In this document: positions 37,017 to 45,683 of the stretch, piece by piece | Layout: every line of letters starts with the position of its first letter | Position numbering within the stretch: position 1 is the stretch's first letter | DNA from: a virus | DNA: 64,000 nt | Strand: one strand, 5' to 3' | IMG/VR virus record: IMGVR_UViG_3300045988_152178 | Program-made: the position numbers and the translations under genes | Notes under the pieces: model-generated | The model's database searches: none | Told to the model about the DNA's origin: nothing | The model's input: only the letters and a program-made list of their open reading frames with translations

Positions 37017-37922
37017 ATGGAACTAAGACATTTACGTTCGTTCGCGTATGTGGCAGAGACGCTTTCTTTCAGTATCGCCGCCACCCGATGCTTTGTCACC
37101 CAATCTGCCATCAGTCAGCACATCAAGGCTCTGGAGGATGAACTGGGATGCAAGCTGCTGATACGCACATCGCACAGCATCATGCTCACCGAGAATGGGG
37201 AGGCACTTCTGCCACGTGCCAAGGAAATACTGAAGTTGACGGAAGACTGCAAGGAGCATATCAATGCAATCAACAACTGCATGACCGGAGAACTGCGCAT
37301 CGGTGTAGGTTCCTTTATCGCCCCCTATATCCGTGTGGCTGCACTTATATTCATGGAGCGATACCCTAACGTAAGAGTGAATGCCGAATTTACCAAGGCA
37401 ACGAGCCTGAACCGCCTGTTGCGAGACCACATGCTGGATCTTGCTTTTACGATGAACGAAGCCTATACCAACGAGGGTATCGAGAGCCAACCCTGCATCC
37501 CATTCAGTATTTGTGCTATTATGAGAAACACACACCCTCTTGCCAGGAAAGATAAGGTAATATACGATGACCTGCTGAAGCACGGCATCATCATGCCCGA
37601 TGTAGGCGAACGTATTTTCAACACCTTTCAGCAATACCTGCAGAACGATTTCGCCAAATTAAATGTAAAGTGTATCGTGAGCGATCCAAACGAAGACCTT
37701 GCCATCATAGAAGATACTCACCTGGTTACTTTTATGCCGAAGCTGTATCTGAAGAACCACCCTACCCTTATAGCTCGTCCTATCCAGTGCATAGGAGAAG
37801 AACTGATGAGCAATGCCCACTGGATGAAGGATGTACCTATGAAGCGTTCCGCACAACTCTTCCTCGACATTATCAGGGACGAAGCCATCCCGTATATCAA
37901 GGCTTTGGAAGAAACTATGTAG
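37017..37922 (+). CDS. LysR-family transcriptional regulator
   Basis: 301 aa; canonical N-terminal HTH MELRHLRSFAYVAETLSFSIAATRCFVTQSAISQHIKALEDELGCKLLIRT and LTTR-sized substrate-binding part; TATTTTTG -7-like box at 36961-36968. Confidence 0.85.
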   Translation: MELRHLRSFAYVAETLSFSIAATRCFVTQSAISQHIKALEDELGCKLLIRTSHSIMLTENGEALLPRAKEILKLTEDCKEHINAINNCMTGELRIGVGSFIAPYIRVAALIFMERYPNVRVNAEFTKATSLNRLLRDHMLDLAFTMNEAYTNEGIESQPCIPFSICAIMRNTHPLARKDKVIYDDLLKHGIIMPDVGERIFNTFQQYLQNDFAKLNVKCIVSDPNEDLAIIEDTHLVTFMPKLYLKNHPTLIARPIQCIGEELMSNAHWMKDVPMKRSAQLFLDIIRDEAIPYIKALEETM

Positions 37923-37932
37923 TTTAGTATCA

Positions 37933-37948
37933 AAGTACATTTGTACTT
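37933..37948. promoter_or_regulatory. perfect palindrome, candidate operator
   Basis: AAGTACA-TT-TGTACTT 10 nt after the LysR stop; half-site TTTGTACTT repeated at 37964-37972. Confidence 0.4.
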
Positions 37949-38061
37949 ATGCACTTCTGCACGTTTGTACTTTTTCTTATCCTTCTATTAGTGTTCCTGC
38001 TTCATGATTTATCAGCAAGAACATCTAATGAAAATCACTTTTCTGTTTACTTCATTCATGT

Positions 38062-38069
38062 TACCTTTG
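38062..38069 (+). promoter_or_regulatory. -7 box-like element
   Basis: TACCTTTG matches Bacteroides TAnnTTTG, 41 nt upstream of ATG 38111; no clear upstream TTTG box. Confidence 0.35.
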
Positions 38070-38110
38070 CATACGATTCCGATATTGGAAGAATTTAAAC
38101 ACAAAAAACT

Positions 38111-38623
38111 ATGCAGGTAAAAACGAATGATGGCAACTATGATGTTGCCAGCAAGGGATTGGGTAATACCGCCCTTGGACTTGGTATCGCAGGTTTGGCT
38201 ACCAGTTTGCTGGGTGGAGGCGCATCCTTGTTTAACCTCGGCAGAGGCAACAATGGTATGACTTCCAATCCGAGTGACCCGGATTCACGCTTCGTAACCA
38301 AGGGTGAGACCAACCTTATTCAGGAGAACTCTACATTGAAGACGGAACTTGCTATCCAGAAGAGCGAGAACTATGCCGACAAGAAAATGGTAGAGATAAC
38401 TCAGTATCTCGACGGTAAGATTCGCCAGCTCGAAAACAAAGTGGATGCCAACAAGGATGCACAGCAGGCGGTCAACGCACAGCAGATGGCATATAATGCC
38501 GCTGCCAACGCCAACATCGACGTGCTGAAATCGCAGGTGGCTTCACTTACGAGTGTTACCAAGCTGATGATTCCATCGGGCAATGTATGTCAGATGGGAT
38601 GCGGATGCGCTTGTAATCAGTAA
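38111..38623 (+). CDS. Gly-zipper membrane / coiled-coil protein with Cys-rich C-terminal tip
   Basis: 170 aa; GNTALGLGIAGLATSLLGGGASLF hydrophobic Gly-rich segment, heptad-like middle, ends CQMGCGCACNQ. Confidence 0.65.
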   Translation: MQVKTNDGNYDVASKGLGNTALGLGIAGLATSLLGGGASLFNLGRGNNGMTSNPSDPDSRFVTKGETNLIQENSTLKTELAIQKSENYADKKMVEITQYLDGKIRQLENKVDANKDAQQAVNAQQMAYNAAANANIDVLKSQVASLTSVTKLMIPSGNVCQMGCGCACNQ

Positions 38624-38652
38624 CCGTATTTTCGGATAAAAGGAAAAACGAT

Positions 38653-39075
38653 ATGGATTACAAGAACTCGCAAATCCTGGCAGCGGTGGTGTCCGAATGG
38701 GCACGCCCTGCCATCTCTCAGATAGCGGCTGGCAATCTGATGCGCTTGCCTATACTCCAGTCTCTTCAGGCTACCATCGGCAGCCTGGGTTTGGTAAGCG
38801 GCAGCTATTCTCTGCAAGCCGATGTAGAACCGATGATTCAGCCTGTGGTCAATGCGCTTGTCACTCCGATGCTTGCTAAGTATTTCGGGAACATTCCCGA
38901 AGAAAGCATTCCTCAGATGGCACACGACGTAGTAGATCAGCTTCGCTACAAAGGACCGCTCTCTATCCTGGAGGGTGTGATAACCTTTGACGAGGAGGAT
39001 CTTGACGAACTCGCCGACCTTCTTCAGAAGAACCTTCCGGTAGAGAATGCGCAGGGCTATCAGGTGAAACATTAA
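38653..39075 (+). CDS. hypothetical protein
   Basis: 140 aa, ATG start; no motif recognised. Confidence 0.6.
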   Translation: MDYKNSQILAAVVSEWARPAISQIAAGNLMRLPILQSLQATIGSLGLVSGSYSLQADVEPMIQPVVNALVTPMLAKYFGNIPEESIPQMAHDVVDQLRYKGPLSILEGVITFDEEDLDELADLLQKNLPVENAQGYQVKH

Positions 39076-39116
39076 TGCGGCGGTGAAGTCGTCGCTCTAT
39101 TAAAACAGAAAAGACT

Positions 39117-39539
39117 ATGAATAAAAGAACAATTCCAGCCTGCATCATGGCTACGCTTGCAGTAGGTGCAACCGCCACTGCTCCCTATTATGATGTAAAT
39201 ATCACGCAGCAGCTCTGTGCTCCATCATGTGTGGATGAGACTCCGGTTTTCAACCCTCAGTTCTCTGTAAAGAGTATTGCCAACGTGGGTACTTCGCAAT
39301 ATCTCATAACGATTCATGTAGAGGGTGTTATCAGTTACGTGCCTTGCAACTGCGGCTCCTGTTGCACCCGCTCGCAGGTAGTAAGTCAGGATTTCACCAT
39401 TCCTGTCTTCTCTGCTACGGCAATCACTAACGTTACCACATCTCTTGGCAGCGTGAAAAACCGTCTTGTCAAGGTAGCCTGCTGCTCCTGCAGCAAGACT
39501 TTCGTGTGCGATGCTCCTTTAACACTCGCCATCGCATGA
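39117..39539 (+). CDS. secreted Cys-rich protein
   Basis: 140 aa; signal-peptide-like MNKRTIPACIMATLAVGATATA; clusters CAPSC, PCNCGSCC, VACCSCSKTFVC. Confidence 0.65.
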   Translation: MNKRTIPACIMATLAVGATATAPYYDVNITQQLCAPSCVDETPVFNPQFSVKSIANVGTSQYLITIHVEGVISYVPCNCGSCCTRSQVVSQDFTIPVFSATAITNVTTSLGSVKNRLVKVACCSCSKTFVCDAPLTLAIA

Positions 39540-39571
39540 CTATCCACCAACAAAAGGAAAGGTAAGAAACG

Positions 39572-40072
39572 ATGAAGTATATTCAGTTGATAGACCAAGC
39601 CCGTGCTCACGGCGTGGCTACCGAGAAGAAGATGATGGAGGCGATGGAGCAGTTGAGCTGCGACCTCGCCTCCCTGGAGGAAACAAATCCGGAATTGTAC
39701 TGGTGCATCCTCCGTCATCAGCACGCAGTGTTCTATGATCGTCATTACAGTGAGAAAATGGCTAACCATGATGTCTGCCATCTTGTGTATAGCAAGAAAG
39801 GCGAGAATGGCGAGTTGGTAGGATCCGGGGCACATTGGACCAAATCGCAGATAGCGAATGCCACCAAGGGCATGAAGTTCCGTGAAAAGGTGAACGATTG
39901 GGATAAGTATGTTGCCTTCAATGCCATGTATGCTGACCTGTGTAGCGATATGACAGAAGATGAAATCATCAAGGCAGCTTATCTCTTTTATTTCCAGGAT
40001 GCAGACTGGCAACCCGAAGAAGACGATTGTACCAAGATATGGGACTATATGTCCGCTCACGCTACGATGTAG
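39572..40072 (+). CDS. hypothetical protein
   Basis: 166 aa, ATG start; no motif recognised. Confidence 0.65.
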   Translation: MKYIQLIDQARAHGVATEKKMMEAMEQLSCDLASLEETNPELYWCILRHQHAVFYDRHYSEKMANHDVCHLVYSKKGENGELVGSGAHWTKSQIANATKGMKFREKVNDWDKYVAFNAMYADLCSDMTEDEIIKAAYLFYFQDADWQPEEDDCTKIWDYMSAHATM

Positions 40073-40153
40073 TTTGTTTTGATATAGGTAATATGGATTT
40101 CACACTAGCGAGTGCAAGTATTTAAAGAAAAAAGATTGGGATAACATTTTTTG

Positions 40154-40196
40154 AAGCCTCTTTGCGACTACAAAAGCCGCAGGGAGGCTTTCTTTG
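40154..40196 (+). terminator. terminator after the LysR island
   Basis: AAGCCTCTTTGCG pairs with CGCAGGGAGGCTT (13 bp with two G-U), loop ACTACAAAAGC, then TCTTTG. Confidence 0.6.
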
Positions 40197-40229
40197 TCCC
40201 CATCATCTTTTTAGCATTTGCTATCTTTG
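40193..40229 (+). promoter_or_regulatory. phage promoter-like motif P4
   Basis: TTTGTCCCCA-N19-TATCTTTG followed by CCATCAGAA; 33 nt upstream of endolysin ATG. Confidence 0.5.
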
Positions 40230-40262
40230 CCATCAGAAGAAAAACGATAAAACGGAAAAGAT

Positions 40263-40817
40263 ATGGCAAAGATTCAACCTCTTGTAGATTTCATCCTCTC
40301 CTTTGAAGGAGGTTACGTGAACCATCCCAATGACAAGGGCGGTCCTACCAACATGGGCGTAACGCTGAAAACCTGGCAAATCCAAGGTTACGACAAAAAC
40401 CATGATGGCCGCATCGACGCAAAGGACGTGAAGCTTATCACCAAAGCCGATGCCATCTCCATCCTTCGCCGTTGCTACTGGAACCGATGGAAAGCCGATG
40501 GCATCAAAGACCAGAGCATCGCCAACATTCTGGTAGATTGGGTATGGAGCAGTGGCACCCCAGGCATCACCCTCGTACAGGCAATGCTAGGAGTAACCGC
40601 CGATGGTATCGTGGGCAGCAGAACCCTCAAGGCCATCAACGCCCAGAACCCTAAGCAGTTTTTCGAGCGTATCAAGTCACGCCGCAAGCAATACATCTCC
40701 GGCATCATCGCCAAGCACCCTAGTCAGAAGGTCTTCGAGGCAGGTTGGCTCCGTCGCCTCAATGCTATCAGCTACGGCAGTCTCATCGCCAATGGCGGCA
40801 AGAAAATAAGTTTTTAA
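40263..40817 (+). CDS. endolysin, GH108 lysozyme domain plus PG-binding-3-like C-terminus
   Basis: 184 aa; FILSFEGGYVNHPNDKGGPTNMGVT is the GH108 signature; C-terminal WL.RL region as in PG_binding_3. Confidence 0.8.
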   Translation: MAKIQPLVDFILSFEGGYVNHPNDKGGPTNMGVTLKTWQIQGYDKNHDGRIDAKDVKLITKADAISILRRCYWNRWKADGIKDQSIANILVDWVWSSGTPGITLVQAMLGVTADGIVGSRTLKAINAQNPKQFFERIKSRRKQYISGIIAKHPSQKVFEAGWLRRLNAISYGSLIANGGKKISF

Positions 40818-40838
40818 CAATAAATAGATAAAAGATTA

Positions 40839-41450
40839 ATGGCAAGTTACAATGGAAACGTTGACCTTTTGGCTCTGAATGGAGCCAAGGTCTTAGTAGG
40901 TATCGATGAGAAGAATGCAAAGCGTCCATATGTTTGCATTCCTCTCGATGTGAACGAAATTAGAGTAGAGGCATCTAAGAATGATGCAAGTAAAACTCAG
41001 GCTAAACTGAGAGTCAACATCTGGCCTTTCAATGAGGCATACAAGAACAAAATTCGCCAGACAGCAGCCGAGCGTGGCGATACCCAGGTGAGTGTACCAA
41101 CCCACGAAATGCAGCTCTCGTTCTCTGTCGAGTACATCAAGGCAGTAGCAAAGAATTTCCCTAAGCTCGTAGAGCAGGTAAAGGAAGCCAACAAGGACAA
41201 AGACCCTGACATCGTGAATCAGGATTCCGATGATGAGAACTCTCACCTCTTTAAGGCAATCCGCACCCGCATGAATAAGCGCATCGCCAGCCTCTATCAG
41301 CCACAGCCTACCGCCCAGCAGCAGACGTACCCACAGCAAGCCTACGGAGCCGTCGGCAATGCTACCGCCTATGTACCGCCAGCAGATGGAGGCAATGATT
41401 ACTCTTCAATGCCAGGTTACGATGATCCGAACAGCGACCTGCCATTCTAA
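40839..41450 (+). CDS. putative ssDNA-binding-like protein with SSB-type acidic C-terminal tip
   Basis: 203 aa; Gln/Pro/Tyr-rich linker and terminal DDPNSDLPF resembling the SSB D-D-D-I-P-F tip; N-terminal domain not canonical. Confidence 0.4.
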   Translation: MASYNGNVDLLALNGAKVLVGIDEKNAKRPYVCIPLDVNEIRVEASKNDASKTQAKLRVNIWPFNEAYKNKIRQTAAERGDTQVSVPTHEMQLSFSVEYIKAVAKNFPKLVEQVKEANKDKDPDIVNQDSDDENSHLFKAIRTRMNKRIASLYQPQPTAQQQTYPQQAYGAVGNATAYVPPADGGNDYSSMPGYDDPNSDLPF

Positions 41451-41480
41451 GAAAGGTAAAAGAGTAAAAAGGTAAAAAAG
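41451..41480 (+). repeat. A-rich GTAAAAA octamer motif cluster
   Basis: GAAAGGTAAAAGAGTAAAAAGGTAAAAAAG directly after stop, directly before hairpin copy 5. Confidence 0.6.
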
Positions 41481-41510
41481 CCTCCGTTCCCAGCGATTCT
41501 ATCGCTGGTT
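41481..41510 (+). repeat. hairpin repeat copy 5
   Basis: CCTCCGTTCCCAGCGATTCTATCGCTGGTT. Confidence 0.85.
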
Positions 41511-41524
41511 CTAAAGTCGAAGTT

Positions 41525-42625
41525 ATGAATGAACAGATAAACCTCACCATCCCCCGCGGCTGGAACCAATGCACTCCCTCCCAGTTGGAAGCCCTCGCTG
41601 CCATCATGCAGGAGCAGATAGCCAAGGTGGACCGCTACCATCCTTTCGATATGCAGAAGGTGAAGATAGCCGTCTTTTTCCTCTTTGCCGGGATAAGCAT
41701 CAATGCCTATCCCGACCCTCGCGACCCCATCAATGAGCAGCACTACTTGGTAAGCATAGAGCCGCAGAAGAAGCGCTTCCTGAAGAAGCTCCTCTCCCTC
41801 TGCACCCCCGTTCCCAGCGATTCCATCGCTGGTCCCCAGTCGGCTAGCAACTTTCCCCTCTATCTTTGGCAGATCAACTATTGGCTCTCCCCGAAAGCCA
41901 AGACCAACGATAAGACCGCCCCTGAGTACATCGCTCAGGGCGCAGGTCTTCTCGATTGGCTGGATGCAGATAGTGGCAATTTCCTCACCCGTTTCCCCTA
42001 TCCATCTATCCGGCAGAAATCCAAGTGGTATCGTCGTGCAAAAACCTTCCAAGGTCCGCACCCCGATCTCGATGGTTTCTCTTGGCAGCAGTACCGTTTT
42101 GCCAGCGACATGATGCAGACCTACACCAAGTTAAGCAACAACCTGGTAAAGATGAAGAAGATGGATAAATTCACCGAGGAACAACTCCAGACGCAAGCCC
42201 AGAGTGTAGCCAGTGCAAGAAACATGTTCCTTGCCACCATCTTCAACACCACCACCCAGTACGTCGATCCGACAACAGGCATCACGAAATACGATTTTCA
42301 CTACGAGTCGAAGCAGTTCACCGAGAACGCAGGTTATTTCGTCAAATACCCGGAAACCAATTGGCAGGTCATCCTCTTCTGGTGGAGCGGCATCATGCAC
42401 ACCCTAGCCCATCGCTACCCTCACGTGTTTAAGGTGCAGAAGTTAAGCAAAAGCAAGCCGCAAACCCCGATGGAAATCTACACCGCCACCACCGCCACGA
42501 TGCAGAAGTATGCCGGTCTAACGGAAGATCAGGTCAACACCCAATCCTATTCCCTCGTTCTCGAACACCTAGAAAGGTTGTCGAAAGAGAATGAGGAAAT
42601 GGAAAAGATGAGGAGAGGGAAATGA
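41525..42625 (+). CDS. hypothetical protein carrying an in-frame hairpin repeat copy
   Basis: 366 aa continuous ORF, ATG start; residues LSLCTPVPSDSIAGPQ are encoded by repeat copy 6. Confidence 0.6.
   Translation: MNEQINLTIPRGWNQCTPSQLEALAAIMQEQIAKVDRYHPFDMQKVKIAVFFLFAGISINAYPDPRDPINEQHYLVSIEPQKKRFLKKLLSLCTPVPSDSIAGPQSASNFPLYLWQINYWLSPKAKTNDKTAPEYIAQGAGLLDWLDADSGNFLTRFPYPSIRQKSKWYRRAKTFQGPHPDLDGFSWQQYRFASDMMQTYTKLSNNLVKMKKMDKFTEEQLQTQAQSVASARNMFLATIFNTTTQYVDPTTGITKYDFHYESKQFTENAGYFVKYPETNWQVILFWWSGIMHTLAHRYPHVFKVQKLSKSKPQTPMEIYTATTATMQKYAGLTEDQVNTQSYSLVLEHLERLSKENEEMEKMRRGK
41805..41834 (+). repeat. hairpin repeat copy 6 (inside CDS)
   Basis: CCCCCGTTCCCAGCGATTCCATCGCTGGTC with the usual CTCCCTCTGCA upstream extension. 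Confidence 0.85.
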
Positions 42626-42646
42626 GAAAGAAAAAAAAGAGTTGAT

Positions 42647-43675
42647 ATGAATATAGGTTTAATAGATGTAGATGGGCATCATAAAAAGAAAAAAATCGGC
42701 GCTACGGTTTACCCTAATCTCGCGTTAGGTAAACTAGCACGCTGGCATATAATGCAGGGCGATAATGTAGAGTGGGCGCAACCTATAAATCTTTTCGATC
42801 ATCAGCATTATGATATACTTTATGCTAGCAAGGTGTTCAATTTTTCGCCTGATGTTGATTTCTCTCAGTATTCCTACGATAAGTTGGTAAAAGGTGGAAC
42901 TGGATATGACATATATAGCAGTTTGCCGACCGAGGTAGATAGCCTGCAACCTTATTATGAGCTTTTTCCCGATATACCCAAGAATACGGCTTATGGCTTC
43001 CTTACAAGAGGCTGCCCTAACAAGTGTTCCTGGTGTGTGGTTCCTAAAAAAGAAGGTGTCATCCGTCCTTATATGGATATAGAAGAAATCGCCATCGATG
43101 GTAAGGATCATGTGGTATTGATGGATAATAACATTCTTGCTGCAGGAGATTATGCGAGGCTGCAGCTTCAGAAGATTATAGACCTTGGTTTGCGTATAGA
43201 TTTTAATCAGGCGATGGATGCACGATTAGTAACCCCTGAGTTTGCTTCCTTGTTGGGTAAGGTGAAGTGGATAAATAATCGCATCCGTTTCGGTTGTGAT
43301 ACTACACCACAGATAAAATCCTGCGAGCGGGCCATGCAGATGATAAATGATGCTGGCTTCAAGGGCGAATATTTCCTGTATACGATGGTAGGCGGTAAAA
43401 ACGATTTTAAAGAATGTTATAACCGCATTCATTATTGGTGGCAGCGGTTGCAAGACTTCCGTCGCGACCATATCGGCAGGGCAGTTTATGCTTATGCGCA
43501 GCCATATAGAGACCCCATGAACCCCAACAATGCAATACCGCAGTGGCAAAAGGACTTGGCGAGATGGTGCAACAAGCGAATGTTGTTCTGCAAGGTGGAT
43601 TTTAAAGATTTTTCTCCGAGAAAGAACTTCACGTGCCAGGAGTATCTTTTGAAGCTAAAAAAGCAGCAAGGATAA
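42647..43675 (+). CDS. radical SAM protein with N-terminal B12-binding-like region
   Basis: 342 aa; FLTRGCPNKCSWCVVPKKEG gives CxxxCxxC at Cys123/127/130. Confidence 0.75.
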   Translation: MNIGLIDVDGHHKKKKIGATVYPNLALGKLARWHIMQGDNVEWAQPINLFDHQHYDILYASKVFNFSPDVDFSQYSYDKLVKGGTGYDIYSSLPTEVDSLQPYYELFPDIPKNTAYGFLTRGCPNKCSWCVVPKKEGVIRPYMDIEEIAIDGKDHVVLMDNNILAAGDYARLQLQKIIDLGLRIDFNQAMDARLVTPEFASLLGKVKWINNRIRFGCDTTPQIKSCERAMQMINDAGFKGEYFLYTMVGGKNDFKECYNRIHYWWQRLQDFRRDHIGRAVYAYAQPYRDPMNPNNAIPQWQKDLARWCNKRMLFCKVDFKDFSPRKNFTCQEYLLKLKKQQG

Positions 43676-43698
43676 AAAGTAAAATCTTACCCCCCTCG

Positions 43699-43728
43699 CC
43701 TCCGTTCCCAGCGATTCTATCGCTGGTC
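43699..43728 (+). repeat. hairpin repeat copy 7
   Basis: CCTCCGTTCCCAGCGATTCTATCGCTGGTC, 23 nt after stop, 10 nt before P5. Confidence 0.85.
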
Positions 43729-43738
43729 CTTATCCCTC

Positions 43739-43775
43739 TTTGTCCCCACTAAAACTATAAAAACCCCTAACTTTA
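43739..43775 (+). promoter_or_regulatory. phage promoter-like motif P5
   Basis: TTTGTCCCCA-N19-TAACTTTA (one mismatch in the -7 box); upstream of portal gene. Confidence 0.4.
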
Positions 43776-43865
43776 CACTCAGAAACAAGAGAAATAGGTG
43801 TGCGTATATCGCCACCCTTCTCTCTTCCATCACATTCAGGATAACATAAAAAAGAAACGCAAAAA

Positions 43866-45683
43866 ATGACAAGCAAAAACAAAAACAGAGTAACCAACCT
43901 GCAGCAACTCCAAAATCGAAGTGAGGAGCTGAAAGATGCAGGCTATGTAGCCGTTCGCCCAGATGCCTTTACGTCGCCTAAGAACGGCGGCAATAAGGTC
44001 TTTTCCTGGAACGACTACGTTCACGGTATGCTCCTAACCACAGCCGGTATGTCGGCAAGCGGTGGCGACGCAGGCGGTTCTGTAGCACGACAGCAGGTTT
44101 CCACTATCTTTGCATCGAGCGGCGGCGAGAACCTGGGTAAACCGAAGGACGTAGGTACCGAAGGCTTAGGCTTTATGGAATGGGGTATGGCCAACCGACT
44201 GCCAAACCTTATCTGGATGCTCTCCCGTATGTCGCCTTTTACTGCAGCAGGAGTAGATTACATCAAGAAGATACTGGTAGGTCGTGGTCCCGCAGCCAAA
44301 TATCACTACACCCAGTACGTAGGTGGCAACATCACGGAGAAATATATCCACTACGAGAGCGCAGGGGTCTTGCTCCGTGGTCAGATAGCTGACCTCAAAG
44401 CCAGGGAAGAGGCAGCTGCCGAAGCCAAGCGCCAGAACGAACAGCAGAGCCAGAACGGGCAGTCTCAGCAGGAGGAGTCACCGTTCTCTGCGGTTCAATC
44501 GCAGGTCTTATCCTCCGATGAAGAGGATAGCGAGGAGATGAAATCTCTGAAAGAAGCTCTCCGCAAATGGGAAGAAACCAATGCCCAGCTTCGTGATTTC
44601 CTGAAAAACAACGACCTGATGCAGACCTTCCTCGACCTGGCAGGAGATATGGCTCTGATGTCTCAGTGCTTTGTAGAACTCCAGCTCAATCAACGTTCCC
44701 TTGACGAAAGCGGCAAAGCTGTTCCTACCGCCAAGTGGACCCCGAAGGTTATCGGTCTGAAGCATCGCAGCATCTTCACTACTCGCCTGGAGCGCATGGA
44801 CGAGAACTACCGCATCAACTATGCCTACGTCAGCAATCAGTGGCTCGACCCTACTCAAAACGTCGGCGTGCAGAAAGAGGAAGACCGCAAGATAGCGGCT
44901 ATCCCCTATCTCCCTACCACATCAGCCGTGAAGGATTTGCAGCGCAATATCCGTGAGGCACGTCAGAAGCAGGTAAGCCGCAAGAAACGTCCTACTCGCT
45001 TTATCATGTCACCAAGAGATTTCGGTGGTCCGTACTATGCCGATGCCCTTTGGCACTCTATCTTTGCCGGCAGCATTTTTGAATACGCCTTCACCATCGT
45101 AGATGACCGCCTCACCCGAAAGCGCAACAGCAATATCATCGGTAGAGTTATCTATATCCATCAGGACTATATCAGCAAGCTCTATCAGCAGCAGGGCAAG
45201 CAGAAGGAGAAGACCATCGGTGAGATTCAGGACGAAATCTTCACATCTATCAATACATGGCTCGCCAACCCCGATAATGCTGGTCAGGCGCTCATCTCCT
45301 CTGTCTTCACTGGCAGCGACGGAAAAGAGCACAAGGCTTGGGAAATCGTAGAAATCGAAACCAAGGCAAATGATCAGGCGAATGCCGACAAAACCGAGCT
45401 GCAGGAAATAAGCAGCATCATCTTCTTTGCCATGGGTCTTGATGCAAAGCTCATCGGTAACACCCCAGGCGATACGGCATCATCGGGCGGTACCGACCTG
45501 CGAGAGCGTTTCCTGGTAAAACAGATTCAGTTTGCCCCATTGCAGCAGTTGATGATACGCCCGCTGGAAGTTTTGAGCCGTTTCAACGACTGGGACGAGC
45601 ACCTGGTATGGCAGATAGACCGAGAGGTATTGACCACCCTCGACAACTCGAAGACCGGAGTGGCGAAACAGGAAGCCTCTTAA
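43866..45683 (+). CDS. portal protein (probable)
   Basis: 605 aa; size, virion-module position and a C-terminal region (IFFAMGLDAKLIGNTPGDTASSGGTDLRERF) reminiscent of portal families; not verified. Confidence 0.5.
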   Translation: MTSKNKNRVTNLQQLQNRSEELKDAGYVAVRPDAFTSPKNGGNKVFSWNDYVHGMLLTTAGMSASGGDAGGSVARQQVSTIFASSGGENLGKPKDVGTEGLGFMEWGMANRLPNLIWMLSRMSPFTAAGVDYIKKILVGRGPAAKYHYTQYVGGNITEKYIHYESAGVLLRGQIADLKAREEAAAEAKRQNEQQSQNGQSQQEESPFSAVQSQVLSSDEEDSEEMKSLKEALRKWEETNAQLRDFLKNNDLMQTFLDLAGDMALMSQCFVELQLNQRSLDESGKAVPTAKWTPKVIGLKHRSIFTTRLERMDENYRINYAYVSNQWLDPTQNVGVQKEEDRKIAAIPYLPTTSAVKDLQRNIREARQKQVSRKKRPTRFIMSPRDFGGPYYADALWHSIFAGSIFEYAFTIVDDRLTRKRNSNIIGRVIYIHQDYISKLYQQQGKQKEKTIGEIQDEIFTSINTWLANPDNAGQALISSVFTGSDGKEHKAWEIVEIETKANDQANADKTELQEISSIIFFAMGLDAKLIGNTPGDTASSGGTDLRERFLVKQIQFAPLQQLMIRPLEVLSRFNDWDEHLVWQIDREVLTTLDNSKTGVAKQEAS

